IMG/VR virus record: IMGVR_UViG_3300030117_002966
Location: 1 to 61,043 of that record
Reading direction: 5' to 3' (one strand)
Origin: a virus
Lineage: Duplodnaviria > Caudoviricetes
DNA length: 61,043 nt
Shown: in pieces, positions 9,331-18,339 of the stretch
Layout: every line of letters begins with the position of its first letter
Numbering within the stretch: position 1 is the stretch's first letter
The notes under the pieces: model-generated
What the model saw: only the letters and a program-made list of their open reading frames with translations
Told to the model about the DNA's origin: nothing
Databases searched by the model: none
Made by a program: the position numbers and the translations under genes

Positions 9331-10202
9331 ACGAATGTCAGTGTTGTGGTACTAAATACACTCCAACTAAAGGTAGAGAATGGAAAAAGTTTTGTAGTCC
9401 CAAATGTTCGAATTGGTGGGAGACTTGGGTTACTAGAGACACTCGCGTAACATTTTCTGGAGCACGTTGCTTAGGTTATGACACTGGTGTTAACAAAGAA
9501 ACGCGTCGTGGTACCTGTGATTGGTGTGAAGAAGAATTTGAATATGAAACAAGTTTTAACAAAAATAAACAAACTCACAAAAAAGAACCTGCAATGTGTT
9601 CTAAACAATGTATGGAGTCATCTAGAGATTGGACTCGAATAAGAGAAGGTGAAATATCCTATTGGTATCAACTAAATGAATCATATGAAAAAAGAAGAAG
9701 GTCTGCGTGGCCTATGGATTTCAACCAAAATTGTTGGACCGCAACTAAAAAGAATAAAGACCGTGGTATCGAAGGAGATATAGATGCTGACTATTTATGG
9801 AGTATAAGAAGGACACATTGCCCTGCATTAGGTTATAAGTTTAAAGTAGGTGAAAAGGCTAATAGAAAAACTGGACCAAAGAACTGGGTAGATGGACCTG
9901 CCTTAGATAAATTTATACCTGAACTGGGTTATGTTAAAGGTAATGTATACTACATTAGTAATAGAGCAAATAGAATTAAAGCTGACGCTGATTGGTATGA
10001 AGTAATGCAGGTAGCAATATGGATGTTAGGGATAACTTTATATACTAAGGTTAGATATATTAATATACGGACAGCACGTTTGCTGCTCCGGCCCTCAGGG
10101 GAAGTGATAAAATGGATGAAAAAGAAAGTAAACCGTTGTCTGCATTTTTGTCAGACGCAGAAGTCAAAGTTGTTTGGCGTGAAGAAGAGAGAACGAAGGT
10201 AG
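9327..10202 (+). CDS. HNH-type endonuclease with N-terminal Zn fingers (putative homing endonuclease)
   Basis: Two CxxC...CSxxC units; CPALG...LDKFIPELGYVKGNV..ISNRANRIK. Confidence 0.75.
   Translation: MNECQCCGTKYTPTKGREWKKFCSPKCSNWWETWVTRDTRVTFSGARCLGYDTGVNKETRRGTCDWCEEEFEYETSFNKNKQTHKKEPAMCSKQCMESSRDWTRIREGEISYWYQLNESYEKRRRSAWPMDFNQNCWTATKKNKDRGIEGDIDADYLWSIRRTHCPALGYKFKVGEKANRKTGPKNWVDGPALDKFIPELGYVKGNVYYISNRANRIKADADWYEVMQVAIWMLGITLYTKVRYINIRTARLLLRPSGEVIKWMKKKVNRCLHFCQTQKSKLFGVKKRERR
10033..10045 (+). promoter_or_regulatory. TATA promoter inside the HNH gene 3' end
   Basis: TAACTTTATATAC followed by a GC hairpin (10068-10090) and ATG 10112. Confidence 0.5.
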
Positions 10203-10306
10203 GAAGAGGAATGATAACGAATGATGATGAAAATTTTGTATACCTTACAGGAGAGAAGGGTACCGTTATTGTTAACAAAAGAGATATTATAGCTATAAAA
10301 CAATAG
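10112..10306 (+). CDS. Sm/Hfq-like small beta-barrel protein
   Basis: 64 aa; V.V.W......GRGMI..DDENFVYL.....VIVNKRDI.AI resembles the Sm1/Sm2 pattern. Confidence 0.5.
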   Translation: MDEKESKPLSAFLSDAEVKVVWREEERTKVGRGMITNDDENFVYLTGEKGTVIVNKRDIIAIKQ

Positions 10307-10315
10307 AGGTAATTA

Positions 10316-11815
10316 ATGTACAAAAACGATAATAAGAACGATATGGATACTGTGGGGAAGGTCCACAGAGAGTTAGAATTTAAGAACAACCCAACCACAA
10401 AAGGTAAACTAAGGATTATGCCTATATCAGATAGTCCGTGGGCACCTACAGGTTTTGGAACTAACACAAAAAATATATCATGTATATTTAGTAACTTAGG
10501 ACATCACATAGGATATGGAGGATGTCAAAATGCTATGCATACTAAGTGGACTACTCCTTGGCCTTTAGGTCAGACTGAGAAAGAAGCTGAGATGGAACTT
10601 CTACCTATTATGTTTATGGGTCAAGAAAGATTTGGTGAAAGAAGTTTTCCTCATTGGGTAGGTAATTTCTCACCTGATTTAGTGTTTGGTCATTTAGATT
10701 TTCAAATGTTTAAACATGTGTCAGATGCAAAGTCACCTCAAGGTGTACAGATGTCATTTAGAAAACCTGATGGTACATTATATAATAGAAAAGAAAGAAT
10801 GGATATGATGAACAAAGCATTCAAAGAGATGTCAAAAGGAGCTAAGTGGAAGTTTGCATGTATCATACCTTATGACGGACAACCAACTGTACCAGAGTGG
10901 CAATATCAAATAGACAGTTTAGACTATGGTATATCTATGGCACGCTATGGTCAGATAGGATTGAAAAAAGATTTTGGTTGTGACACAACATATATACCTC
11001 ATGGTGTAGATACTAATTTATTTAAACCTATAATGAAACCTAAGTATGGTAAAGAAGAAAAACCAGACGCATTTATAGTAGGGTGTGTAGCTAGAAATCA
11101 ACACCGAAAGAACCTACCACGTCTAATAAAAGGATTTGCTCAGTTTGTAAAACAAAACAATCTCAGCCCAGACCAAGCTAAGTTAATATTACATATGGAT
11201 TGGAATGATACTATGGGTTGGAAATTCCCAGACTTTGCTAAACATTATGGAATAGAGGATTATTTAATGCCACCACTTATGGGTGTATTAGACCATGGTG
11301 AAGCAATAACAGAAGAAGGTATGGCTCATCTTTACAATTGTATGGATGTATTTGTACTACCAACTGGTGGTGAAGGGTTTGGTATACCTACATTAGAAGC
11401 TATGGCTTGCGGTGTGCCTGTTTGTGCTACTAATTATACTACCTCTTATGAACTCATAAAGTGTGATGATGCTTCTAAGGAAGACATACCTATGTACCCA
11501 TTGGGTGGTCATCACAATGACCCATCACCGAATGGTAGAGATGAATTATTAGAAGAGGATATTTGTGAGAGAGGTATATTACTACCATATAAAGATATGT
11601 GGTGGGACACCCCTAACAGAGCAGCACCACAAAGAGCTATATGTAGTGAGAATGCTATAGCACAAGCATTAGAATATTATTATAAAAACCCTGCTAAAAA
11701 ACTTGCAGCTGGTAAAGCCGGAAGGGCTCATGCACTCAAGTATTATAGTTGGGAGGTTATAGGACAAAAGTGGACAGATTGGATAAATAAAGTATCCAAG
11801 GATATAAAGAAATGA
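10316..11815 (+). CDS. GT4 (GT-B) glycosyltransferase
   Basis: TGFG, IPHGVD, RNQHRKN, EGFGIPTLEAMACGVP. Confidence 0.92.
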   Translation: MYKNDNKNDMDTVGKVHRELEFKNNPTTKGKLRIMPISDSPWAPTGFGTNTKNISCIFSNLGHHIGYGGCQNAMHTKWTTPWPLGQTEKEAEMELLPIMFMGQERFGERSFPHWVGNFSPDLVFGHLDFQMFKHVSDAKSPQGVQMSFRKPDGTLYNRKERMDMMNKAFKEMSKGAKWKFACIIPYDGQPTVPEWQYQIDSLDYGISMARYGQIGLKKDFGCDTTYIPHGVDTNLFKPIMKPKYGKEEKPDAFIVGCVARNQHRKNLPRLIKGFAQFVKQNNLSPDQAKLILHMDWNDTMGWKFPDFAKHYGIEDYLMPPLMGVLDHGEAITEEGMAHLYNCMDVFVLPTGGEGFGIPTLEAMACGVPVCATNYTTSYELIKCDDASKEDIPMYPLGGHHNDPSPNGRDELLEEDICERGILLPYKDMWWDTPNRAAPQRAICSENAIAQALEYYYKNPAKKLAAGKAGRAHALKYYSWEVIGQKWTDWINKVSKDIKK

Positions 11816-12177
11816 ATTTAGTATTTGGAATGGATGGGGTCATTTGTACTCCATGTAAAGACTATCATGAGATAGAACGCGCAAAACCATTAACGAATGT
11901 CAAAGAATTTATGACATGGTTAATAAAAAATGAACATCATATAACCATATGGTGTAAGAGACCCAACTCATTAGATTGGGTAATGGCAACAAAAGAATGG
12001 TTAGCTGATGAAGGTATACCTTACAGTCGTCTATTGTTTGATAGACCTTATAACCCAGTGATGGTGAGTGAAGCACCACCTAATGCCAAGTATTATAAAC
12101 ACGATACCGATTTAGATATCGTAGCAGATATGTTTGAGGAATGGAAAAATGAAGAAATTAGTAGACAACAGAAATAG
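11812..12177 (+). CDS. HAD-superfamily protein (degenerate motif I)
   Basis: VFGMDGVI (DxD changed to GxD), TKEWL...GIPY..L.F.RP. Confidence 0.65.
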   Translation: MNLVFGMDGVICTPCKDYHEIERAKPLTNVKEFMTWLIKNEHHITIWCKRPNSLDWVMATKEWLADEGIPYSRLLFDRPYNPVMVSEAPPNAKYYKHDTDLDIVADMFEEWKNEEISRQQK

Positions 12178-12466
12178 AACAGCTGAGTTTCTAGGAAGCG
12201 TAGGGCCTATAGTAAAGGTCACTTGGCATGATGCCGCTAGTACTTTCAAAGAGTATAGAATCAATGCTGAGAACCCATCAGAACATCTCACTACGTGTGA
12301 GACAGTGGGTGAAATGGTAGCAAAAGATGATAAGGCTATGGTTTTAGTTATGCATGGTTCACAGTGTGATGGTGCAGACATCATGGCTATCCCTACAGAT
12401 TGGGCACAGGAAATAGAAATATTAAAAGAATGTACTTCAGAGAGTTTGGAATCCCCGCAAGAATAG
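12149..12466 (+). CDS. conserved phage protein (V.W.DA...C.TVG family)
   Basis: VKVTWHDAAS...CETVGEMV...IP. Confidence 0.6.
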   Translation: MKKLVDNRNRTAEFLGSVGPIVKVTWHDAASTFKEYRINAENPSEHLTTCETVGEMVAKDDKAMVLVMHGSQCDGADIMAIPTDWAQEIEILKECTSESLESPQE

Positions 12467-13497
12467 CCCGTTGTTACAACGTTGAACAGCTAGAGGAAAA
12501 GGTAGCTGAGTTTAATGGTCAGAAGAACTGCTACACCAGTGTGTTTGTTTTTGATGACACTACTGATAAAGCAGAAGGAAAAACTAATTATGACTCTGCT
12601 GTTATAAATACTATCTGGTTTGACTTTGACGACGAAAAGAATGTGAAAAAATGTTTAATGGACGTAAGAAGATTTATAAGGCAGTATTGCAAACCGAACG
12701 GAATTATCCCAAGGATATATCTTACAGGGGGGAAGGGCTTTCAAATGAATATAGACCTATACTCCCACGTGGACTTGTCGGATACTATCAAAAGAGACAT
12801 GCTAAGAAATTACTTAACCTTCTTAAAAAAGAAGTACAATCTTAAAACACTAGACCAAGCCTGTATAAACAATAGTGTAGCTTGTCTCCGAAGAATACCA
12901 AACACTAAATACATATCTAAAATAACTAAAGAACCTACAGGGGTGTGGTGTGTTCAACTTACTGTTGAAGAAGTTATGAAGATGTCTATTGAAGAAATAT
13001 ATGGTATGGCAGCTGAGCCACGAGAAGAAGAAATAGAAAGCAACAAGAGTAAGAAAGCATACAGACATTTTGTTGAGTATATGTGTGATGAAATGGACAT
13101 ACAGCATAATGTATCTTTAGGCGTAGCTTACCTTTTAGATAAAATTAACAATACTATAAGCCCTATTAAGCATAGCTCTATACAGCATGATTATATTATG
13201 CCCCCTAGAAAATGCATTATAGAGCTCATAGAGCATAATATAGAGCGTGGACATAGCAGCCACGAGGAAAATAAAATAATTGGTATGGAGTTAATCAACG
13301 CTGGTTACTCCAACCCTGACATTCATTTTGTATTCGAGAGTATCTATAACGAGCCCGGCCGAGACTGGGGTTGGTATACTGAGAACCCTAACAAAGCTGG
13401 ACACATCATAGAAAACATGAGAGACAAAGCTTTAAATAGATATTCGAAGGATAAATTAATACAAATGGAAATCTGCAAGGACAATTGTTCTTGTTGA
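12430..13497 (+). CDS. archaeo-eukaryotic primase (PriS-like with C-terminal helical/Cys domain)
   Basis: WFDFD, TGGKGFQ, LRRIPNT motifs. Confidence 0.85.
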   Translation: MYFREFGIPARIARCYNVEQLEEKVAEFNGQKNCYTSVFVFDDTTDKAEGKTNYDSAVINTIWFDFDDEKNVKKCLMDVRRFIRQYCKPNGIIPRIYLTGGKGFQMNIDLYSHVDLSDTIKRDMLRNYLTFLKKKYNLKTLDQACINNSVACLRRIPNTKYISKITKEPTGVWCVQLTVEEVMKMSIEEIYGMAAEPREEEIESNKSKKAYRHFVEYMCDEMDIQHNVSLGVAYLLDKINNTISPIKHSSIQHDYIMPPRKCIIELIEHNIERGHSSHEENKIIGMELINAGYSNPDIHFVFESIYNEPGRDWGWYTENPNKAGHIIENMRDKALNRYSKDKLIQMEICKDNCSC

Positions 13498-13513
13498 TAG
13501 TGAGGTCTTAACT

Positions 13514-13882
13514 ATGGCAACATTAAAAAGATTAGAGAAACGTATGAACGAAGTAGAAGCTTGGATGAAAGCTTTCGAGAAAGGAACTGGGCCTGCTCAG
13601 ACCATGGAAAACATGAACTGGCTACTCAGTCAAGCACGCAGTGTTGGAGATACTTTACAACAAGTAAATAAAGTAAATGCAGAAATGCAACAGCATCTTC
13701 AATCGAATGCATCGATAGTTGAAGCATTCATGGACAAACATGACATGGTTCGCGATTGGCAATCATTCTTAGCAGAATTACAAGAGGAACAAGAAAATGC
13801 CGTTCAAGAGCAAGAAACAGAGAGCTTGGATGTACAAGAACAAGCCGGCGATGGCGAAGAGATGGGAGAAGGAGACGCCTAA
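13514..13882 (+). CDS. coiled-coil protein with acidic tail
   Basis: ORF track; GAGGT SD. Confidence 0.7.
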   Translation: MATLKRLEKRMNEVEAWMKAFEKGTGPAQTMENMNWLLSQARSVGDTLQQVNKVNAEMQQHLQSNASIVEAFMDKHDMVRDWQSFLAELQEEQENAVQEQETESLDVQEQAGDGEEMGEGDA

Positions 13883-13955
13883 AGGCGCCAAACTTCCAAC
13901 CAAAGTCAAACGCAAGGTAAAAAGAAAAACTACGGGACGCCGTAAGAAAAAGTGA
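13797..13955 (+). CDS. small basic protein MPFKSKKQRAWMYKNKP... (52 aa, absent from ORF track)
   Basis: Read by hand; GAGG SD; resembles the common phage MPFKSKAQ..WMYA.KP peptide family. Confidence 0.65.
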   Translation: MPFKSKKQRAWMYKNKPAMAKRWEKETPKGAKLPTKVKRKVKRKTTGRRKKK

Positions 13956-13959
13956 TATC

Positions 13960-14112
13960 ATGGCAAAAAAAGCTAGCAATAAAGAAGACGTTGACGTCAA
14001 AGAAGAGGTAGTCGTTGAGACACCTAAAACAGAATATGAATTGGTACCGGACGCACAAGGAAGAATGTGGAAGGTAGACAAGGATGGAAATAAAATAGAG
14101 AGGGCCGAATAA
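13960..14112 (+). CDS. hypothetical protein (50 aa)
   Basis: Read by hand; fills the operon gap. Confidence 0.6.
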   Translation: MAKKASNKEDVDVKEEVVVETPKTEYELVPDAQGRMWKVDKDGNKIERAE

Positions 14113-14165
14113 TGTGTTGTTGTAAAGACTGCTCATGCACAAGCGATTGTTGTAAGGAGGAGTAA
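14112..14165 (+). CDS. 17-aa Cys-rich metallothionein-like micro-ORF (MCCCKDCSCTSDCCKEE)
   Basis: TAATG coupling upstream; stop abuts next ATG; 7 of 17 residues are Cys. Confidence 0.55.
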   Translation: MCCCKDCSCTSDCCKEE

Positions 14166-14576
14166 ATGAAAGTTAAAGAACTTAAAGCAGCCCTAAAAGA
14201 ATTAGGTCTTCCAATAAAAGGTAAGAAGGCTGAGTTAGAAGCAAGATTAGCAGAAGCTCAGTTACCTGAGGAAGAAGAAGCTATTGAAGATGAAGTTGTC
14301 GAGGAAGTAGCTCAAGAAGAACTCGAAGAGGAAGTTGAAGAAGTAGAAGAAGAAGTTGAAGAAGAAGAGGAGGTTGTTACTCTAGAAATAGAAGAAGAAC
14401 CTATGGACAAAGTTAAACCAGTTCACAATCCTTTAACTAACATCTTGAGATTCAACCCTCGCACCGGTGACCGTGAACCTATGCAAGTTAAAAAACTTGA
14501 CATACAAGAACACATCAACGGTGATTATGGTATGGGCGATATTATATTACCCCAGACCGACGAAGAAGAAGAATAG
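14166..14576 (+). CDS. SAP-domain protein with Glu-rich tract
   Basis: MKVKELKAALKELGLPIKGKKAELEARL is a SAP/HeH motif. Confidence 0.85.
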   Translation: MKVKELKAALKELGLPIKGKKAELEARLAEAQLPEEEEAIEDEVVEEVAQEELEEEVEEVEEEVEEEEEVVTLEIEEEPMDKVKPVHNPLTNILRFNPRTGDREPMQVKKLDIQEHINGDYGMGDIILPQTDEEEE

Positions 14577-14666
14577 ATGGGTATTCTTTCTTCACTAAGT
14601 CGCTGCAAGTGTAATCCTGATAAAGATTGCACTTGTGGTAGACGAGTCTTAACAGACTATAAATAG
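14577..14666 (+). CDS. 29-aa CxC/CxC micro-ORF
   Basis: MGILSSLSRCKCNPDKDCTCGRRVLTDYK; ATG abuts the upstream TAG. Confidence 0.45.
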   Translation: MGILSSLSRCKCNPDKDCTCGRRVLTDYK

Positions 14667-14681
14667 TTTTTTGAAATTTAG

Positions 14682-14697
14682 AAAAAGGCTTTTATAG
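14682..14697 (+). promoter_or_regulatory. BRE-TATA promoter for RNR
   Basis: AAAAAGGCTTTTATAG after a T-tract. Confidence 0.5.
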
Positions 14698-14739
14698 TAG
14701 CCCAAACTATAGTAATGGACCGCAATTTGGAGTGGTAAA

Positions 14740-16605
14740 ATGTTTAAAAACGAAGTAGCAGAATTTATATATAAGAGAACGTATTCACGTTGGTTAGAGA
14801 ACGAAGGCCGTAGAGAAGACTGGCCCGAAACAATAGAAAGATTTATTGGTTTTATAATTTCAGAAAGACCAGACATCCCCGATAAAACAATTAATAAGAT
14901 TAGAAACTACATGACACAGTTTGCAGTTATGCCCTCCATGCGATTTTTATGGGCTGCTGGCCCTGCTGCTAAGTTTGATAATACCTGTATATACAATTGT
15001 GCATTCGGTAAAATTAATACAGTAGAAGCTTTTGCAGAGTGTCTGTACATTTTAATGTGTGGAACTGGTTTTGGTTTTTCTGTAGAGAAAGAAGAAGTAG
15101 ACAAACTACCTGTTGTCCCAGAGATTAAAAGTGGACAAGCATTACCTAAAGTAGTTATTGATGATTCTAAAGCAGGATGGGCTGATTCAGTAAAGACACT
15201 TATGGGAAGTCTTTATGATGGACAGAACATCTATTTCGATTACTCAGAGATTAGACTTGAAGGTGCTCGACTCAATACTATGGGAGGTAGAGCATCGGGT
15301 CCACAACCTCTAGTAAAGTTACATGATTTCATTCGTGAGACCATGCATAACGCTCAAGGTCGAAAGCTCACTACACTCGAAGCTCACGACATATGTAATC
15401 AAATTGCAGAAATAGTGGTAGTGGGTGGAGTTAGACGCAGCTCACAAATCTCATTGAGTGACCTTGATGACAAAGAAATGCGTCACGCTAAGGAGTGGCC
15501 TTTCCCTATAAAACGTGCTATGGCAAACAATAGTGCAATATTTAGGGAGAAGCCTTCCGCAGCACAATTTTTAAACGAATGGGCATCATTAGCTCTATCA
15601 GGCACTGGAGAAAGAGGTATATTTAATCTTAGTGCTGCACAGAGCAAAGCTCCATCGAGACGTTACGCTCCTCTTATTCAGGGAACCAATCCCTGTGGAG
15701 AAATAATGTTGCGAGATATGGAATTTTGTAACCTTTCGGAAGTAGTAGTACGAGCTGAGGACGACTTAGACTCTTTGTTAGACAAAGTTGAGACAGCAAC
15801 ATGGCTTGGTGTAATACAAGCAACCTTTACGGACTTTCCTTATCTAAGAAAAGAGTGGAAAAAGAACTGTGACGTAGAAAGGCTTCTAGGTGTTAGTTTG
15901 ACTGGGCAGATGGATAACCCTTCAATATTAACATCGGAGGCATTAGCGGCGCTTAAAAGCCGTGTTTTGCGCATATCTCGTAAAGCAGCTAAGATAATGG
16001 GTATAAATGTACCTGTTGCAACCACATGTGTTAAGCCATCAGGAACTGTTTCACAACTTGTTGACTCTGCGTCTGGTGTCCACCCAAGATACTCACAATA
16101 CTACATACGTCGTTATAGAATCTCATCTCGTGACCCATTGTTCCAATTAGCTAAAGATTCAGGAATTAAATGTCATCCTGAGGTAGGACAGGATAAAGAA
16201 ACTGCATCCACATGGGTGTTAGAATTTCCTGTCAAATCTCCAGACGGTTGTATGACACGTAAGGATGTCTCAGCCCTTGACCAACTAAGTCATTATAAAA
16301 ACTTACAGCACAATTGGTGTGAACACAATGCAAGTATGACTGTGTATGTCAGAGATGATGAATGGTTCGAAGTAGGTAACTGGGTGTATAAAAATTGGGA
16401 TATTATTAATGGAGTATCCTTTTTACCTTATGATGGAGGTAAGTATGAATTGGCTCCATATGAGGAAATTGACCACAGAACTTACGAAAGGCTTATAAAG
16501 ACCCTCCCCCTAATTAACTATACGCAATTGTCTCAATATGAGCAGACTGATAATACTCAGGGAAAAGCTGAGTATGCTTGTGTTGGAGATAAGTGTGAAA
16601 TCTAA
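14740..16605 (+). CDS. nrdJ: class II (B12-dependent) ribonucleotide reductase
   Basis: RTYSR, YNCAF, GGVRRS, GTNPCGEI, VKPSGTVS, C-terminal CVGDKC; no beta subunit. Confidence 0.93.
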   Translation: MFKNEVAEFIYKRTYSRWLENEGRREDWPETIERFIGFIISERPDIPDKTINKIRNYMTQFAVMPSMRFLWAAGPAAKFDNTCIYNCAFGKINTVEAFAECLYILMCGTGFGFSVEKEEVDKLPVVPEIKSGQALPKVVIDDSKAGWADSVKTLMGSLYDGQNIYFDYSEIRLEGARLNTMGGRASGPQPLVKLHDFIRETMHNAQGRKLTTLEAHDICNQIAEIVVVGGVRRSSQISLSDLDDKEMRHAKEWPFPIKRAMANNSAIFREKPSAAQFLNEWASLALSGTGERGIFNLSAAQSKAPSRRYAPLIQGTNPCGEIMLRDMEFCNLSEVVVRAEDDLDSLLDKVETATWLGVIQATFTDFPYLRKEWKKNCDVERLLGVSLTGQMDNPSILTSEALAALKSRVLRISRKAAKIMGINVPVATTCVKPSGTVSQLVDSASGVHPRYSQYYIRRYRISSRDPLFQLAKDSGIKCHPEVGQDKETASTWVLEFPVKSPDGCMTRKDVSALDQLSHYKNLQHNWCEHNASMTVYVRDDEWFEVGNWVYKNWDIINGVSFLPYDGGKYELAPYEEIDHRTYERLIKTLPLINYTQLSQYEQTDNTQGKAEYACVGDKCEI

Positions 16606-16607
16606 CC

Positions 16608-16877
16608 ATGGAATTCGAAACAGATATTACAGGATACGGTCGCAAAATGGGACTAACAGCAGGTCTTGATTCAAACGGAATGATAGACGATGTTGTTCGC
16701 ATGGGCGGCGGTGAGTTTAATGGTATGCAACCAGCAGGAACTGTTCCAGCAAGAACAATAAACCCAGCTAATGGTGAATCTAGCGGTGGTAATGGTATGG
16801 CAGGAGATTTTGCTCCAACTAATGGAAGAGATGATGGTGTAATTGGTAATCCTCGTGGAGGAACCAACGTAGTTTAA
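16608..16877 (+). CDS. Gly-rich hypothetical protein
   Basis: ORF track. Confidence 0.6.
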   Translation: MEFETDITGYGRKMGLTAGLDSNGMIDDVVRMGGGEFNGMQPAGTVPARTINPANGESSGGNGMAGDFAPTNGRDDGVIGNPRGGTNVV

Positions 16878-16888
16878 GGAGATAAAAT

Positions 16889-17293
16889 ATGGCAATAACA
16901 GCAGACACAGTATACTCAGGCTCTCAAATGACTCAATATAATCCATTACCAATGGGTTTTTACTTTAGCGGTCCGGTAGCTTGTACAAACGCAGCAGAAA
17001 CAATCATGGATGACGCCATGAGCAGCACAGCCGATGTGAAAGTAAATGTAAGAGCACATCCAAGTGTTAGAACAGTAAAAGCTTTTGACTTTATAATAAG
17101 TGTAGATGGTACAGCCGTCGGTGTTATTACAAGTGACACTGCATACACTAGCAGTAATTCAGAAGGATTAGATTTTATTATACCAAAAGGTACAAATTTA
17201 AAAGTAACTGGAGACAACCAAACAGATGGTACTTCAGTTAACTGTCAAACCTACGTTACAATAACAGAATTAATGGGTTCAACTTCAGCTTAG
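16889..17293 (+). CDS. hypothetical beta-rich protein
   Basis: AAGGAG SD; converges with the tail operon. Confidence 0.7.
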   Translation: MAITADTVYSGSQMTQYNPLPMGFYFSGPVACTNAAETIMDDAMSSTADVKVNVRAHPSVRTVKAFDFIISVDGTAVGVITSDTAYTSSNSEGLDFIIPKGTNLKVTGDNQTDGTSVNCQTYVTITELMGSTSA

Positions 17294-18339
17294 TTGTCTT
17301 GTTGATTTATATATTCAGCTAGAGTAGGAGGTTTCCTATTTATGTTTAATCCTACATTAAAACTTGAAGGTGTAAAAGTTATTCTCTTTCCACGAACTCT
17401 ATAGTTACCAGAAAACTTAGGGTCTTCAGTCTCAATACGTATAACATCATTTTCAGCTAAAGACACTCCCTCAAAAGTTTCCATACCATATTCATATTGG
17501 GTTTCTAAGTTAGCTCTAAATAATTTTTGTGCAAAATCTTTACAAGCAGCAGGGGATTCTAACGCAGGATTACTAACTTCTAAGTAGTTTCTATCGTAAG
17601 CTTCTATAGCAGTATCGTGTGTAAAAGTACCTGTTACTCCATTTTTACCATTAACTATAACTATTGTAGGAACCTTTCTATTTATTATTTTTAAATCAGT
17701 TATATTAGTATACTCTGAGAACACATGCTTTATCTGGTCAGTATCTAATAAACTCTCTAACTCTATAACCAACTGAGAAACACTACCATTATCAACTACT
17801 TTAATAATATTAGGTCTTGGTATTGAACCATCGTTATCTATAGCTCTACTCATCAACTGCTTGATTATATCTAAAACGCCCAACGTACCCCTTATGGGGG
17901 GCCTAGAAGAGCTTATAGTAGGCGTAGTATCGCCTATGGCATCTGTATTAATCTTATTGTCTAATAGAGCCATAGAAACTGCTTTACGTATAGCATTACC
18001 CGCAGTTAATCCATCAATGTTTTCTTTATCTGTTAAAGATATTTTAGCTTTTTCAGGGTTACCACCTTTTACCATGTAGCCTAATATATCTTGGCTAAAT
18101 ATTTCTACATCATCAAAGTTTGCTTTTATTCTTTTGATATACCCTCTAAACAATGGTTTGTCAAAATCAGTAAAATGTAAAGTAACTTCTTTGTTCCATA
18201 AATCTTTATATCCTGCATAACTCTTAGGTAATTTAAATTGTAAAGTAGCAGCAGTTAAACCACCAGTGCTTTGATAAGTGCCATCAATATAATCGACAGA
18301 CACACCTTCTATTCTAACCTCAGGAGTAATCTCGCTCAT
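17290..18339 (-). CDS. baseplate hub-like tail protein
   Basis: LFRGYI...VEIFSQD pattern; last gene of the tail operon. Confidence 0.55.
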   Translation of the reverse strand: MSEITPEVRIEGVSVDYIDGTYQSTGGLTAATLQFKLPKSYAGYKDLWNKEVTLHFTDFDKPLFRGYIKRIKANFDDVEIFSQDILGYMVKGGNPEKAKISLTDKENIDGLTAGNAIRKAVSMALLDNKINTDAIGDTTPTISSSRPPIRGTLGVLDIIKQLMSRAIDNDGSIPRPNIIKVVDNGSVSQLVIELESLLDTDQIKHVFSEYTNITDLKIINRKVPTIVIVNGKNGVTGTFTHDTAIEAYDRNYLEVSNPALESPAACKDFAQKLFRANLETQYEYGMETFEGVSLAENDVIRIETEDPKFSGNYRVRGKRITFTPSSFNVGLNINRKPPTLAEYINQQDN

